A stretch of 64,000 nucleotides of DNA from an uncultured Desulfosarcina sp. GTDB taxonomy: Bacteria > Desulfobacterota > Desulfobacteria > Desulfobacterales > Desulfosarcinaceae. The translations under genes were made by a program, and so were the position numbers. The DNA lies in contig CAXXWQ010000002.1 in assembly GCA_963674945.2 (NCBI GenBank), forward strand, positions 576,001 through 640,000. Direction: 5' to 3'. Shown piece by piece: positions 1 to 8,839 of this stretch; the stretch's first letter is position 1, and each line of letters starts with the position of its first letter. The notes below the pieces were generated by a model. It saw only the letters and a list, made by a program, of their open reading frames with translations. It had not been told where the DNA came from and ran no database searches.

Positions 1-13
1 ATATTTTGTCCAT
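1..13 (-). CDS. 5' end of a gene running off the window (M-D-K-I...)
   Basis: Minus strand reads GGGAGG-AAACGAA-ATG GAC AAA ATA: a strong RBS plus ATG at 13. Too short to identify; MDKI is a typical MurA start, but that is only a guess. Confidence 0.35.
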
Positions 14-313
14 TTCGTTTCCTCCCTATGGCGTAATGCTGATGTTTGAAGAACCGCCGGTCGCTTTTTACGGGGCGGTGGCCTCTACACGTTTATTTTG
101 TTTATTATTATGGTCCGACCGGGGTTATGTCAAGAAAAACAGGTTGTGCCAATATCGGCATAACCGATTGACATTTCAGTAGTTTTGGTCGTATGGGTCG
201 TCCGTTTTCCTTGAAGTGCGAAGAAGGGAAAAGCATGGGGAAAAACAACCAGAACGGACAGGCGAAACAGCAAAACGGCCCGAAAACCTGTCGTATGATT
301 GTTACAAGAATAT

Positions 314-360
314 AGGAGTCAGAATTCAGCGCCGCCGCTGAATACTCGATTCTGACTCCT
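314..360. repeat. Minimal heptamer-type inverted repeat
   Basis: AGGAGTCAGAAT (314-325) pairs with ATTCTGACTCCT (349-360); inner hairpin ATTCAGCG-ccgc-CGCTGAAT. Confidence 0.7.
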
Positions 361-432
361 GTTGGTTTCCGTAATTGCAGTGCCCCCTTCCAATGGGAGC
401 CCAAAGCCGAACACGTAGGGTCCGGATATCCA

Positions 433-1521
433 CTATCCGTTTTTTTGCTCGAATGTCTTCATGAAATCCACCAGTGCCTCCACCGCAGCAAGCGGTGTTG
501 GATTGTAGATGGAGGCCCTGCATCCACCCACGCTGCGATGGCCTTTAAGCCCGCCCAAGTCATTTTCCAGGGCTTGTGCCACGAAGTTCTTTTCCAGCTG
601 CTCACTGGGCAGACGGAACGTCACATTCATCCGGGATCGGCTCTCTTTTTCCGCCGTTGGTTGATAGAAATCGCTCTGATCCATGAAGTCGTAAAGAAGG
701 CTTGCCTTTTTGCGATTCAGTTCCACCATCCTGTCCAGCCCGCCAATGGTCTCTTCCAGCCATTTGAGCACCAATTGGACCGTGTAGATGGCAAAACACG
801 GTGGTGTGTTGAACATGGAATTTTTCTCCGCAAATGTGGTGTAGCGCAACATGGTGGGGATGTCCTTGGGGGTTCGGGCCAAAAGATCGTCGCGGATGAT
901 GGCGAGGCAGACGCCTGCAGGACCCATGTTTTTTTGGGCACCGGCGTAAATCAGTCCGAATTTTTCCATATCCAGCGGCCTGGAGAAGATGTCCGAGCTC
1001 ATGTCCGATACGATGGGGACGCCACTGGTATCGGGGAACTTTGCCCATTGGGTGCCCTTGATCGTATTGTTCGAGGTGATGTGGGCGAAAACGGCGTCCT
1101 TGTTGAATTCGATGGATTGTGGAATATAGGAAAAGTTCCGATCCTCGGAAGAGGCCACCACTTCGATGGACTTGCCCTGGATCTGCGCCTCCTTGATGGC
1201 CTTGGTCGACCAGGTACCGGTATTGACATAGTCGGCTTTGTCGCCGGGGCCGAGAAGGTTCATGGGCACCATGCAAAACTGCAGGCTGGCGCCTCCCTGC
1301 AGGAAGAGAACATGAAAGCGATCGTCCAGTTTGAGAATACGCTTAATTCGATCCACGGCATCATTGATCACTTCGTCGAACCACTTGGAGCGATGGCTGA
1401 TTTCGGTAACCGACATACCTGAACCGGCAAAATCGAGAAAGGATGCCTGTATCTCCTCCAAAACCGGCAGTGGCAAGGCAGCAGGACCCGCATTAAAATT
1501 GTGTATTCTTTTTGTCTTCAT
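433..1521 (-). CDS. serC: Phosphoserine aminotransferase
   Basis: HNFNAGPAALP, SHRS, FLQGGASLQF, DMSSDI, YAGAQKNMGPAG (PLP lysine), NTPP, GHRSVGGCRASIYN. Confidence 0.97.
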   Translation of the reverse strand: MKTKRIHNFNAGPAALPLPVLEEIQASFLDFAGSGMSVTEISHRSKWFDEVINDAVDRIKRILKLDDRFHVLFLQGGASLQFCMVPMNLLGPGDKADYVNTGTWSTKAIKEAQIQGKSIEVVASSEDRNFSYIPQSIEFNKDAVFAHITSNNTIKGTQWAKFPDTSGVPIVSDMSSDIFSRPLDMEKFGLIYAGAQKNMGPAGVCLAIIRDDLLARTPKDIPTMLRYTTFAEKNSMFNTPPCFAIYTVQLVLKWLEETIGGLDRMVELNRKKASLLYDFMDQSDFYQPTAEKESRSRMNVTFRLPSEQLEKNFVAQALENDLGGLKGHRSVGGCRASIYNPTPLAAVEALVDFMKTFEQKNG

Positions 1522-1745
1522 TTGCTATTTCCTCCATATGGTTGGCGCGATGGGCAGTGTGCGGTGTATTCATGGTAGTTGTCCGGATCGCCGTTAACAT
1601 CTTTCCGTTCCTGAAATTGTGCTATGGGGCACATACCTTATTACACACCGGACGATCAACCCTATATTTTTTTCAGACATTGACAAATCGTACGCTTCCA
1701 CCTTAAGGAACACCAACCAAACCCGAATCAAAAGGAAGCGCTTCC

Positions 1746-3062
1746 ATGAAAATTCTTACCTACCCCTCGCCATTGGCCGAAAAGAAGATGGGGTCCATCA
1801 TCGGCAGACAGATCGATTTCAACAAATCCGATGTCCAAGCCGTCACGCGGATCCTCAAGGATGTGAAAGAACACGGTGATGAAGCGATGGTCCGATACAG
1901 CAATAAGTTCGATGCGCCCCATATGACCGCAAAAGACCTTGTCGTGGGCCCCGAGGAGATAAGAGCCGCTACCGCAAAGGTTGACCGCGCCTTTGCAAAG
2001 GCGCTCAATCGAAGCGCTTCCCAAATCGAATCATTTCACCGGCAGCAGCTTCCCAAATCGTGGATCGATACGAGGCGTCCCGGGACTCTTCTCGGTCAAA
2101 TGGTCAATCCCGTCGACGCCGCCGGTGTTTACGTGCCCGGTGGGAAAAGCGGCGCCACGCCGCTCGTCTCCTCCGTGCTCATGGGAGCGATTCCCGCCAA
2201 GATCGCCGGTGTGCCCAAGGTTGTGATGGCGACGCCGCCCATGCCTTCGGGAGAGGTTTCTCCATACCTTATCGTGGCCGCGAAAAAGGCCGGGGTCGAT
2301 ACTATATATAAGGTGGGAAGCGCATGGGCCATTGCCGCTTTGGCATACGGCACACAGTCCATCGCCAAGGTCGATGTCATCGTCGGCCCCGGAAACATCT
2401 ATGTCACACTGGCGAAAAAGCTCGTATCCGGGGCGGTGGGCATCGACATGATTGCCGGACCCAGTGAGATTCTCGTCATTGCCGACAAGACGGCGAATCC
2501 GGATTTTACTGCCGCAGATCTTCTCAGCCAGGCGGAACATGACCCTCTGGCATCTGCCGTTTTGGTTACCGATTCCGCCCCTCTGGCAAAGCAGGTTCAG
2601 GAGGCCGTAAAGCGGCAACTGGAATCATTGGCGCGCGGGGAGATCGCCAGACAAAGTATTGCGACCTACGGCGTCATCATGGTCGTGGACAATATGGATG
2701 TCGCCATCGAACTGGCCAATTTTATCGCTCCCGAACATCTGGAACTGCAGGTGGAGGACCCCATGGCGCTGGCCCCAAGAATCAGAAATGCCGGCGCAAT
2801 TTTTCTGGGGCACTATACACCCGAGCCGGTCGGCGACTACATGGCCGGCCCCAACCATGTACTGCCAACGGCTGGAACCGCAAGATTCTCATCCGCTTTG
2901 TCGGTGCATCATTTTATGAAAAATACTAGCCTGATCCGCTATTCACAGAGGGCATTTCAACAAGAGGCCAAGGATATCATGTGTCTGGCAAATGTAGAAG
3001 GACTGGGGGCTCACGCCAATTCCGTCGGGATCCGTCTGAAAAAAAAGATCCCGAAAACTTAA
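1746..3062 (+). CDS. hisD: Histidinol dehydrogenase
   Basis: GVYVPGG, VGPGNIYV, GIDMIAGPSE, DLLSQAEHD, APEHLEL, GDYMAGPNHVLPT. Confidence 0.97.
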   Translation: MKILTYPSPLAEKKMGSIIGRQIDFNKSDVQAVTRILKDVKEHGDEAMVRYSNKFDAPHMTAKDLVVGPEEIRAATAKVDRAFAKALNRSASQIESFHRQQLPKSWIDTRRPGTLLGQMVNPVDAAGVYVPGGKSGATPLVSSVLMGAIPAKIAGVPKVVMATPPMPSGEVSPYLIVAAKKAGVDTIYKVGSAWAIAALAYGTQSIAKVDVIVGPGNIYVTLAKKLVSGAVGIDMIAGPSEILVIADKTANPDFTAADLLSQAEHDPLASAVLVTDSAPLAKQVQEAVKRQLESLARGEIARQSIATYGVIMVVDNMDVAIELANFIAPEHLELQVEDPMALAPRIRNAGAIFLGHYTPEPVGDYMAGPNHVLPTAGTARFSSALSVHHFMKNTSLIRYSQRAFQQEAKDIMCLANVEGLGAHANSVGIRLKKKIPKT

Positions 3063-3087
3063 AGAATGACGAGACCCTTAAAGGTGA

Positions 3088-3224
3088 GTTCAAAATGTTC
3101 AAATGTTCAATCGGGCTCAAGATAAAGGCGGGGTGAGGTGACCAACCGCAGACATACATGTAGTATTTCGAGGATTGGACAGCTCGGCCCAACACCGGTA
3201 TTGAGCCCGAGGGGACGTTTTGAA
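3088..3224. repeat. MITE/REP-like palindromic intergenic element
   Basis: Perfect inner inverted repeat TCGGGCTCAA (3111-3120) / TTGAGCCCGA (3201-3210); imperfect outer inverted repeat TTCAAAATGTTC / GGACGTTTTGAA. Confidence 0.55.
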
Positions 3225-3271
3225 AAAAAAGGCGACCTTCCGGCAATACCATCATATCCGGAAGGTCGCCT
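3223..3271 (-). terminator. Intrinsic terminator of the HU gene
   Basis: 14-bp stem AGGCGACCTTCCGG / CCGGAAGGTCGCCT followed on the minus strand by a T8 tract, about 20 nt after the HU stop. Confidence 0.85.
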
Positions 3272-3292
3272 GGGGAAATCGATGCGGCAGGT

Positions 3293-3565
3293 TTAGACGG
3301 ATTCTCTTAGTTTTTTTCCGGGTTTGAATTTCACCACGTTGGCCGCCTTAATTTTAATTACTTCTCCGGTCTGGGGGTTGCGACCTTTGCGGGCTTTGCG
3401 TCGAACCTTCATAAAGGTCCCGAAACCCACTAAGGTAACCTTGCCATCTTTCTTTTTCAATGCCTTGCCGATGTTGGCAGTGAAGGAGTCCAAAGCAGCT
3501 GCAGCAGCAACTTTGGTAATACCGGCTTCGTCTGCCATTTTCTCAACTAATTCAGCTTTTGTCAT
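3293..3565 (-). CDS. hup: DNA-binding protein HU
   Basis: MTKAELVEKMA...VTLVGFGTF...RKARKGRNPQTGEVIKI...FKPGKKL; start set at ATG 3565 behind an AGGAGG RBS. Confidence 0.95.
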   Translation of the reverse strand: MTKAELVEKMADEAGITKVAAAAALDSFTANIGKALKKKDGKVTLVGFGTFMKVRRKARKGRNPQTGEVIKIKAANVVKFKPGKKLRESV

Positions 3566-3696
3566 CGTTTCCTCCTTTTGATGGGTGTGAGTTTGGAACC
3601 TTTTACTATCGCTCATAGTTTGCCATTACAGCATATTTATAACCGTGTCAACAGGGAAACCGCATGAAATAAGGGTTTGGAGGAAGAATTTCGATT

Positions 3697-4947
3697 TTAA
3701 TGTTTAAAACTGCGCTGTCCGGTGTAGACCATGGCCACATCGGCTTCATTACAGGCCTCAATGGATTGGTAGTCATTGGTCGATCCTCCCGGTTGGACGA
3801 TTGCGCTTACCCCTTCGCGAATGCCCACATCCACCCCGTCCCGAAAGGGAAAGAAGGCATCACTGACCATGGAAGAACCGATGAGACCTCCTTTTTCTGC
3901 CGAGACGCGGGCGTCGATTTCCGCCCGTCGATCGGCATCTTTGAGGTCGTTGTAAGGGATCTGCCAGTTTTCAAAGCAATAGCGGTCGGCCAGTTTTCGA
4001 TATGCCTTGTCTCTGGCGATTTCCGCGACACCGACCCGGTCCTGCTCACCGGTGCCGATTCCCACGGTGACCAGGTCTTTTACATAGAGTACTGAATTGG
4101 AGGTGACACCCGACTCCACGAGCCAGCCGAAGAGTAGATCTTCCATTTCCCTGTCGGTGGGCATGCGTTTGATCGTGTATGTTTTTCCGTTCGCCTCGCA
4201 TTGGGCGGGTTTCATGTCCTGCCGGGTCCGGGTCTGGGGAACGAAAGACCATTGGGCGATGATACCACCGTCGATAAGGCTCTTGAACTCCACGCATCGT
4301 TTGCCCACAAAGGCCTGAAGTCTTTCGATGTTACCGATGCGGACCACTCGCAGGTTCTTCTTCTTCGAGAAGATATCCATGGTCCCCTCGTCGAACTCCG
4401 GTGCAACGATAACCTCTGCGTATTGGCTTGCGATGGCCTGGGCCGTGGCGATATCGACACTGCGGTTCACGGCGATACATCCGCCAAAGGCCGCCACGCG
4501 ATCGGCGAGGTTGGCCTTGACGTAAGCGTTCTCCAGCGTATCGGCCTGGGCAACGCCACAAGGATTGTTGTGTTTGACGATAACCACCGTCGGGCGGTCC
4601 GCAAAGTATCGCAGGATGTTGAGAGAATTGTCCGCGTCGGTGAGATTGGTCTTACCCGGATGTTTCCCGGACTGGAGCAGTTCGATATCCGATGCCAGGT
4701 ATTGGCCGGGTTGTATTGTCTCAATCTCTCCCAGTACGAGATTCCCGTTGACCATTCGGTATAGCGCCGCTTCCTGGCCGGGATTTTCACCGTAGCGCAA
4801 ACCCTTTTGCACGTTATCGATGTTCCAGGTGACTTTTTCGTAAAACAGGGTTTGCCGCTTATCGCCATCCACGAAGCTGATCTCCATTTTGCCGGGAAAG
4901 TGATCATCCATGATGGTGCGGTACATCTTCTTCAGATCTTCAGCCAT
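3697..4947 (-). CDS. purH: AICAR transformylase domain of PurH as a stand-alone protein
   Basis: LRYGENPGQEAA, VKHNNPCGVA, AFGG, EVIVAP, SNS, GIGTGEQDRV, SDAFFPFRDG, IVQPGGS, TGQRSFKH; own RBS GGAGA. Confidence 0.85.
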   Translation of the reverse strand: MAEDLKKMYRTIMDDHFPGKMEISFVDGDKRQTLFYEKVTWNIDNVQKGLRYGENPGQEAALYRMVNGNLVLGEIETIQPGQYLASDIELLQSGKHPGKTNLTDADNSLNILRYFADRPTVVIVKHNNPCGVAQADTLENAYVKANLADRVAAFGGCIAVNRSVDIATAQAIASQYAEVIVAPEFDEGTMDIFSKKKNLRVVRIGNIERLQAFVGKRCVEFKSLIDGGIIAQWSFVPQTRTRQDMKPAQCEANGKTYTIKRMPTDREMEDLLFGWLVESGVTSNSVLYVKDLVTVGIGTGEQDRVGVAEIARDKAYRKLADRYCFENWQIPYNDLKDADRRAEIDARVSAEKGGLIGSSMVSDAFFPFRDGVDVGIREGVSAIVQPGGSTNDYQSIEACNEADVAMVYTGQRSFKH

Positions 4948-4966
4948 GATGTTTCTCCTTATAATA

Positions 4967-5006
4967 AGGGGCCGAGGGGCCGAGGTTTCGAGGTTTCAAG
5001 GGGATT
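4967..5006. repeat. Five degenerate octamer repeats (single arm)
   Basis: AGGGGCCG AGGGGCCG AGGTTTCG AGGTTTCA AGGGGATT between the two purH halves. Confidence 0.6.
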
Positions 5007-5165
5007 CTAAATAACATGCTCTGAAATTGTATCCTACATTGAACGATTAGAAGCATAATTACAAAGAATAGCTGAAGCTTTGCGTGTGAACATCGAATCA
5101 TCGATAAATGCTCAACAGATAAAAGCCATCACCCAATTGCCGAAGGCCAACCGATTACCTTGGGC

Positions 5166-5852
5166 TCACCTTTCTTGGGGCTTGTACTCGTCGGCTACTG
5201 TAGAAAAAGGGGTGTCATTCAAATAGCCGGCGATGGCCGCGTCGTAGGCGGCCGTGTGTGCAAATGCCTTCCGGGCAAGGCGGTATCGGAGTGCGAGGGA
5301 TATTTGACCATCGCTTGCGGCCATCTCATCGATGATCGACTCGTAGTCGTTCGGATCCACCACCGATGCCACACGGATGAAATTCTTCGCCGCCGCACGA
5401 ATCATACAGGGCCCACCGATATCGATGTTGCCGCGCGCCTGCTCCGGTGTGGCGCCGGGCTGGGCGATGGTCTCTTGAAAGGGGTAAAGGTTCACCACCA
5501 CCATGTCGATGGGAACACCGCCGGTTCGTTTCAGGTCGGCCTGATGGGCGTCGTTGTAAGTTTCGGTGAGGAGTCCCAGATAGATCTTGAAATCCAGGGT
5601 TTTGACCAGACCACCCTGGGTCTCCGGTTGTCCGGTATAGTCGGATACCTGTGTGAGACAATCGCCGGCCCGTTCGGCCAGTATTTCCCCGAGTCGGGCA
5701 TATGTTCCGCCGGTGGAGAAAATTCGGATGTCGGGATTGGCCGAAAGCAGCTTGGGCACGAACGCTTCCAGTCCACTTTTATCGGAAACGCTGATAAGGA
5801 TATGGTTCACACGTAGCCGGTCGTCAATCTTTTCTACTTTGTTTATCGTCAT
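5166..5852 (-). CDS. IMP cyclohydrolase (N-terminal, MGS-like domain of PurH) as a stand-alone protein
   Basis: ILISVSDKSGL, IFSTGGT, VSDYTGQPE, GLVKTL, IDMVVVNLYPF, NIDIGGPCMIRAAAKN, AFAHTAAYDAAI. Confidence 0.88.
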   Translation of the reverse strand: MTINKVEKIDDRLRVNHILISVSDKSGLEAFVPKLLSANPDIRIFSTGGTYARLGEILAERAGDCLTQVSDYTGQPETQGGLVKTLDFKIYLGLLTETYNDAHQADLKRTGGVPIDMVVVNLYPFQETIAQPGATPEQARGNIDIGGPCMIRAAAKNFIRVASVVDPNDYESIIDEMAASDGQISLALRYRLARKAFAHTAAYDAAIAGYLNDTPFSTVADEYKPQER

Positions 5853-5857
5853 GGAAT

Positions 5858-6559
5858 TTACCTTTCTCCCTGGTACTCTTCTATCAAACGGTCGAAAAAA
5901 TCGGTCATGAATCGGTGGCGCTCCTCGGCGATCCGTCTGCCCGTGGCGGTGTGCATACGATCTTTGATTTTAATCAGTTTTACTTTGTATTCGCGGTAGC
6001 CCGTATCGTTTATACCATAGGAGGGCTCTCGGGTCACGTCCACCTCGGGACTGTGAAGCCGGGCACCCACTTCGCCGGCGAAGAGAAACGCCCGGGCCAC
6101 GCCGATGGCCCCGATGGCATCCAGCTTATCCGCATCGAAGAGAACGCGTGCCTCGACGGTCTTCGGAGATTCTCCCCTCCTGAACCGGTGGGAGGCGATA
6201 CAGTGAAGGATATTCTCTCTGCGACTGCCGGACAGGGGAAGGTCGGCGAGCATGTCGTTGGCCATTTCGGCACCCTTTTCGGCGTGGCAGGATTTGCCCC
6301 CCCCTCGGTCCTGATAGGAGCGTCCGATGTCATGCAGAAAAGCTGCGGCCTGGGTGACCAGCGGGTCCGAACCCTCTTGTGCGCCGATGCGCTGGCAAAG
6401 CCGGTGAACCCGCAGGCTGTGGTCCCAGTCATGGCTGCCTTTTACCCGAGAAAAGTGTGCTTGCGCCATCATGCGAATGTGTTGCAGCAGCAATGTATCG
6501 GATGTCTCTGTGATTGATGGACTGTCCGGCAAAAGATAGCCGACGCCTTGGTGCGTCAT
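5858..6559 (-). CDS. HD-domain metal-dependent phosphohydrolase
   Basis: SHDWDHSLRV, AFLHDIG, CHAEKGA, SHRF, LFDADKLDAIGAIGVAR; start uncertain. Confidence 0.88.
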   Translation of the reverse strand: MTHQGVGYLLPDSPSITETSDTLLLQHIRMMAQAHFSRVKGSHDWDHSLRVHRLCQRIGAQEGSDPLVTQAAAFLHDIGRSYQDRGGGKSCHAEKGAEMANDMLADLPLSGSRRENILHCIASHRFRRGESPKTVEARVLFDADKLDAIGAIGVARAFLFAGEVGARLHSPEVDVTREPSYGINDTGYREYKVKLIKIKDRMHTATGRRIAEERHRFMTDFFDRLIEEYQGER

Positions 6560-6669
6560 CGTCTTTTTTCTCCCAAATTGTCGCCGCCGTAGAAAAATTG
6601 TTTGATTTTCAAATTATGCTTCCCTTTGGGGCTGAAAAAAGGGGCGTGGTTTCAACTTATTCATAGATG

Positions 6670-6816
6670 GTGTCTATCCAGAAATGGTAGATCATGGGTT
6701 AAGGCCAAGGCCGCAGCGACGTCGGAACCGCAGGCGTAGCAGCAGCGCTGCGTTGAGGATTTCGACGGAGCGAGAACGCCGGCATGGGCCATGAGATGCC
6801 GTTTCTGGATGGGCAC
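6670..6816. mobile_element. MITE-like element, copy 1
   Basis: Terminal inverted repeats GTGTCTATCCAGAAA / TTTCTGGATGGGCAC; a closely similar second copy lies at 33294-33436. Confidence 0.75.
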
Positions 6817-7022
6817 TGATATGGATATAGTAAACTTTTGGTCGAGGCAATAAAAAAGAACATGCCAATGCTGGTAAGCGCAGGTCATTTTGCACCGTTC
6901 CGATCCGGGTAAGAAATGGATGGGACCTCCACTTTGCTCCCCTTCGGATTATTACCACTTTTTGTAATGTTAACTTTTATAAATTATTAATAAAATTTCT
7001 AGATTAACAACACCTTTTCCCC

Positions 7023-7086
7023 TTGACAGAATACCGTTTTTATACTTACTATTCAAATATTGTGGATTAAAGTGGATAAAATTGGT
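7023..7086 (+). promoter_or_regulatory. Putative mraZ/dcw promoter and MraZ operator repeats
   Basis: TTGACA (7023)-N18-TACTAT (7047); 10-bp-spaced GTGGA (7062), GTGGA (7072), TTGGT (7082) just before mraZ, the layout known for MraZ boxes. Confidence 0.7.
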
Positions 7087-7091
7087 GAAAA

Positions 7092-7538
7092 ATGTTTCGG
7101 GGAAGCTCCTTTCATACCATCGATGCCAAAGGCCGGATTATCATTCCGACCCGTTTCAGAGATGTGATCAAGGCCAGCGGCAAAGACAGTATCATGATCA
7201 CGCGCTTGGACAGCTGCCTTTTTGCCTATACCCACGATCAATGGAGCAAGCTTGAACAGAAGATACTTCAACTTCCCGTAAAAAGCGAGGAAATGCGTCG
7301 TTTTCAGCGTGTTTTTATTGGAAGCGCCCAAGATTGCCGATGCGATTCGCAGGGGCGTGTGCTGATACCGCCATTTTTGAAGCAGTACTCCGGTCTTGAA
7401 AAAGAGATCGTTTTGGTGGGCGTGCTGGAGCGTTTCGAGATCTGGGCGAAGGAAAACTGGGATCTCGAGAACGATCAGATGGAAAAGGACTTGGGCGACG
7501 ATCGATTCAGGCAAGAGATTGCCCAGTTGGGGCTATAG
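7092..7538 (+). CDS. mraZ: Transcriptional regulator MraZ
   Basis: MFRG...IDAKGRIIIP, second repeat DSQGRVLIP, FEIW; first gene of the dcw cluster. Confidence 0.96.
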   Translation: MFRGSSFHTIDAKGRIIIPTRFRDVIKASGKDSIMITRLDSCLFAYTHDQWSKLEQKILQLPVKSEEMRRFQRVFIGSAQDCRCDSQGRVLIPPFLKQYSGLEKEIVLVGVLERFEIWAKENWDLENDQMEKDLGDDRFRQEIAQLGL

Positions 7539-7541
7539 GAC

Positions 7542-8480
7542 TTGTCCGAGTATCATGTCACCGCCATGCTCGAACCGGCGGTAGAAATCCTGGGTTGCCG
7601 TCCCGGGAAAATCATCGTGGACGGCACGCTGGGTGGTGCAGGGCATGCCCGTCGGATTTGTGAACAGATTGCACCGAACGGCGTATTTATCGGTATCGAT
7701 CAGGATGCAGACGCCATTGCACGGTGTCGAAATGTCCTTTGGCCAAGTTCTGTCACGGTTCATGTCATCCACGGAAATTTCGTGGATCTGCCGTCGTTTC
7801 TTGACCGGCTGGGCATCGAGGCCGTGGATGGCATCCTCATCGATATCGGGCTTTCCCTTCACCAGATCGAGGCCAGTGGCCGCGGGTTCAGTTTTCTTCG
7901 CGACGAGCCGTTGGACATGCGAATGGATGTGAGGTCCACCGTTACCGCGAAAGATCTTTTGGCTTCCCTGGAAGAAGATGCGTTGGCGAAGTTATTCGAG
8001 CGATTCGGAGAGGAGCGATGGGCCGGACGTATCGCCCGAAAAATCGTACAGCAGCGAACGGTTGCACCGATTGCGACGAGCGGACAACTGGCCGAGCTGA
8101 TATCCGCCGCCGTGCCGGCGGGTGCTGCGCGAAAACAGAAGATTCATCCGGCAACGCGGGTTTTCATGGCCCTTCGGATCGCGGTAAACCGGGAGCTCGC
8201 CGTACTGGACGAATTCTTGACGAATGCCGTGCACCGACTCAAGTCGGGTGGCCGGCTGTGCGTGCTCTCCTTTCATTCTCTGGAAGACCGAATCGTCAAG
8301 CATCGTTTCCGGGAAATGGAACAGCCATGTGTCTGTCCGCCGGATTTTCCTCAATGTGTTTGCGGGCGTACGGCATTGGTACGACGGATTACACGCAAGG
8401 TGGTCCGGCCCACGAATGAGGAGATTCAAGAAAACCCCATGGCCCGAAGCACTCGGATGCGTGCAGTGGAGAAATTATGA
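7542..8480 (+). CDS. rsmH: 16S rRNA m4C1402 methyltransferase
   Basis: DGTLGGAGHA, GIDQD, RGFSF, PLDMRMD, HPATRVFMALRIAVN, SFHSLEDRIVK; TTG start. Confidence 0.97.
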   Translation: MSEYHVTAMLEPAVEILGCRPGKIIVDGTLGGAGHARRICEQIAPNGVFIGIDQDADAIARCRNVLWPSSVTVHVIHGNFVDLPSFLDRLGIEAVDGILIDIGLSLHQIEASGRGFSFLRDEPLDMRMDVRSTVTAKDLLASLEEDALAKLFERFGEERWAGRIARKIVQQRTVAPIATSGQLAELISAAVPAGAARKQKIHPATRVFMALRIAVNRELAVLDEFLTNAVHRLKSGGRLCVLSFHSLEDRIVKHRFREMEQPCVCPPDFPQCVCGRTALVRRITRKVVRPTNEEIQENPMARSTRMRAVEKL

Positions 8481-8839
8481 TAGCTTGTGCAAAACAAACC
8501 TCATTTCGGCTTCCGCACAAAAACAGAGGAGAGATGCCGACCAGTGCGGCGAATCGAAGGGTGCGGCCGGAAAGAAAGACAATGACAGGCCTCTGGATTG
8601 CGTTCATGGTCGTTTTTTTCTTTGAGGCCCTTTTTTATACCTGGTCCCGCGTACAATGTGTAAATGCCGAAGTGGGGATCGACCGGCAGACCCGTCATCA
8701 TCTGCGTCTGCTCAAGTCGAGAAATACACTTCGGATCGAATTGGCCCGGCTGAAATCTCCCGAACGAATCGAAACCATTGCCCGAACCCGCTTGGGACTG
8801 GTCATGCCCGATGCGAAGCAGACGGTGACACTGCCATGA
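8477..8839 (+). CDS. ftsL: Cell division protein FtsL
   Basis: Position between rsmH and ftsI, single TM segment, ELARLKSPERIETIARTRLGL; alternative start ATG 8534 has a GAGGAG RBS. Confidence 0.85.
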   Translation: MIACAKQTSFRLPHKNRGEMPTSAANRRVRPERKTMTGLWIAFMVVFFFEALFYTWSRVQCVNAEVGIDRQTRHHLRLLKSRNTLRIELARLKSPERIETIARTRLGLVMPDAKQTVTLP

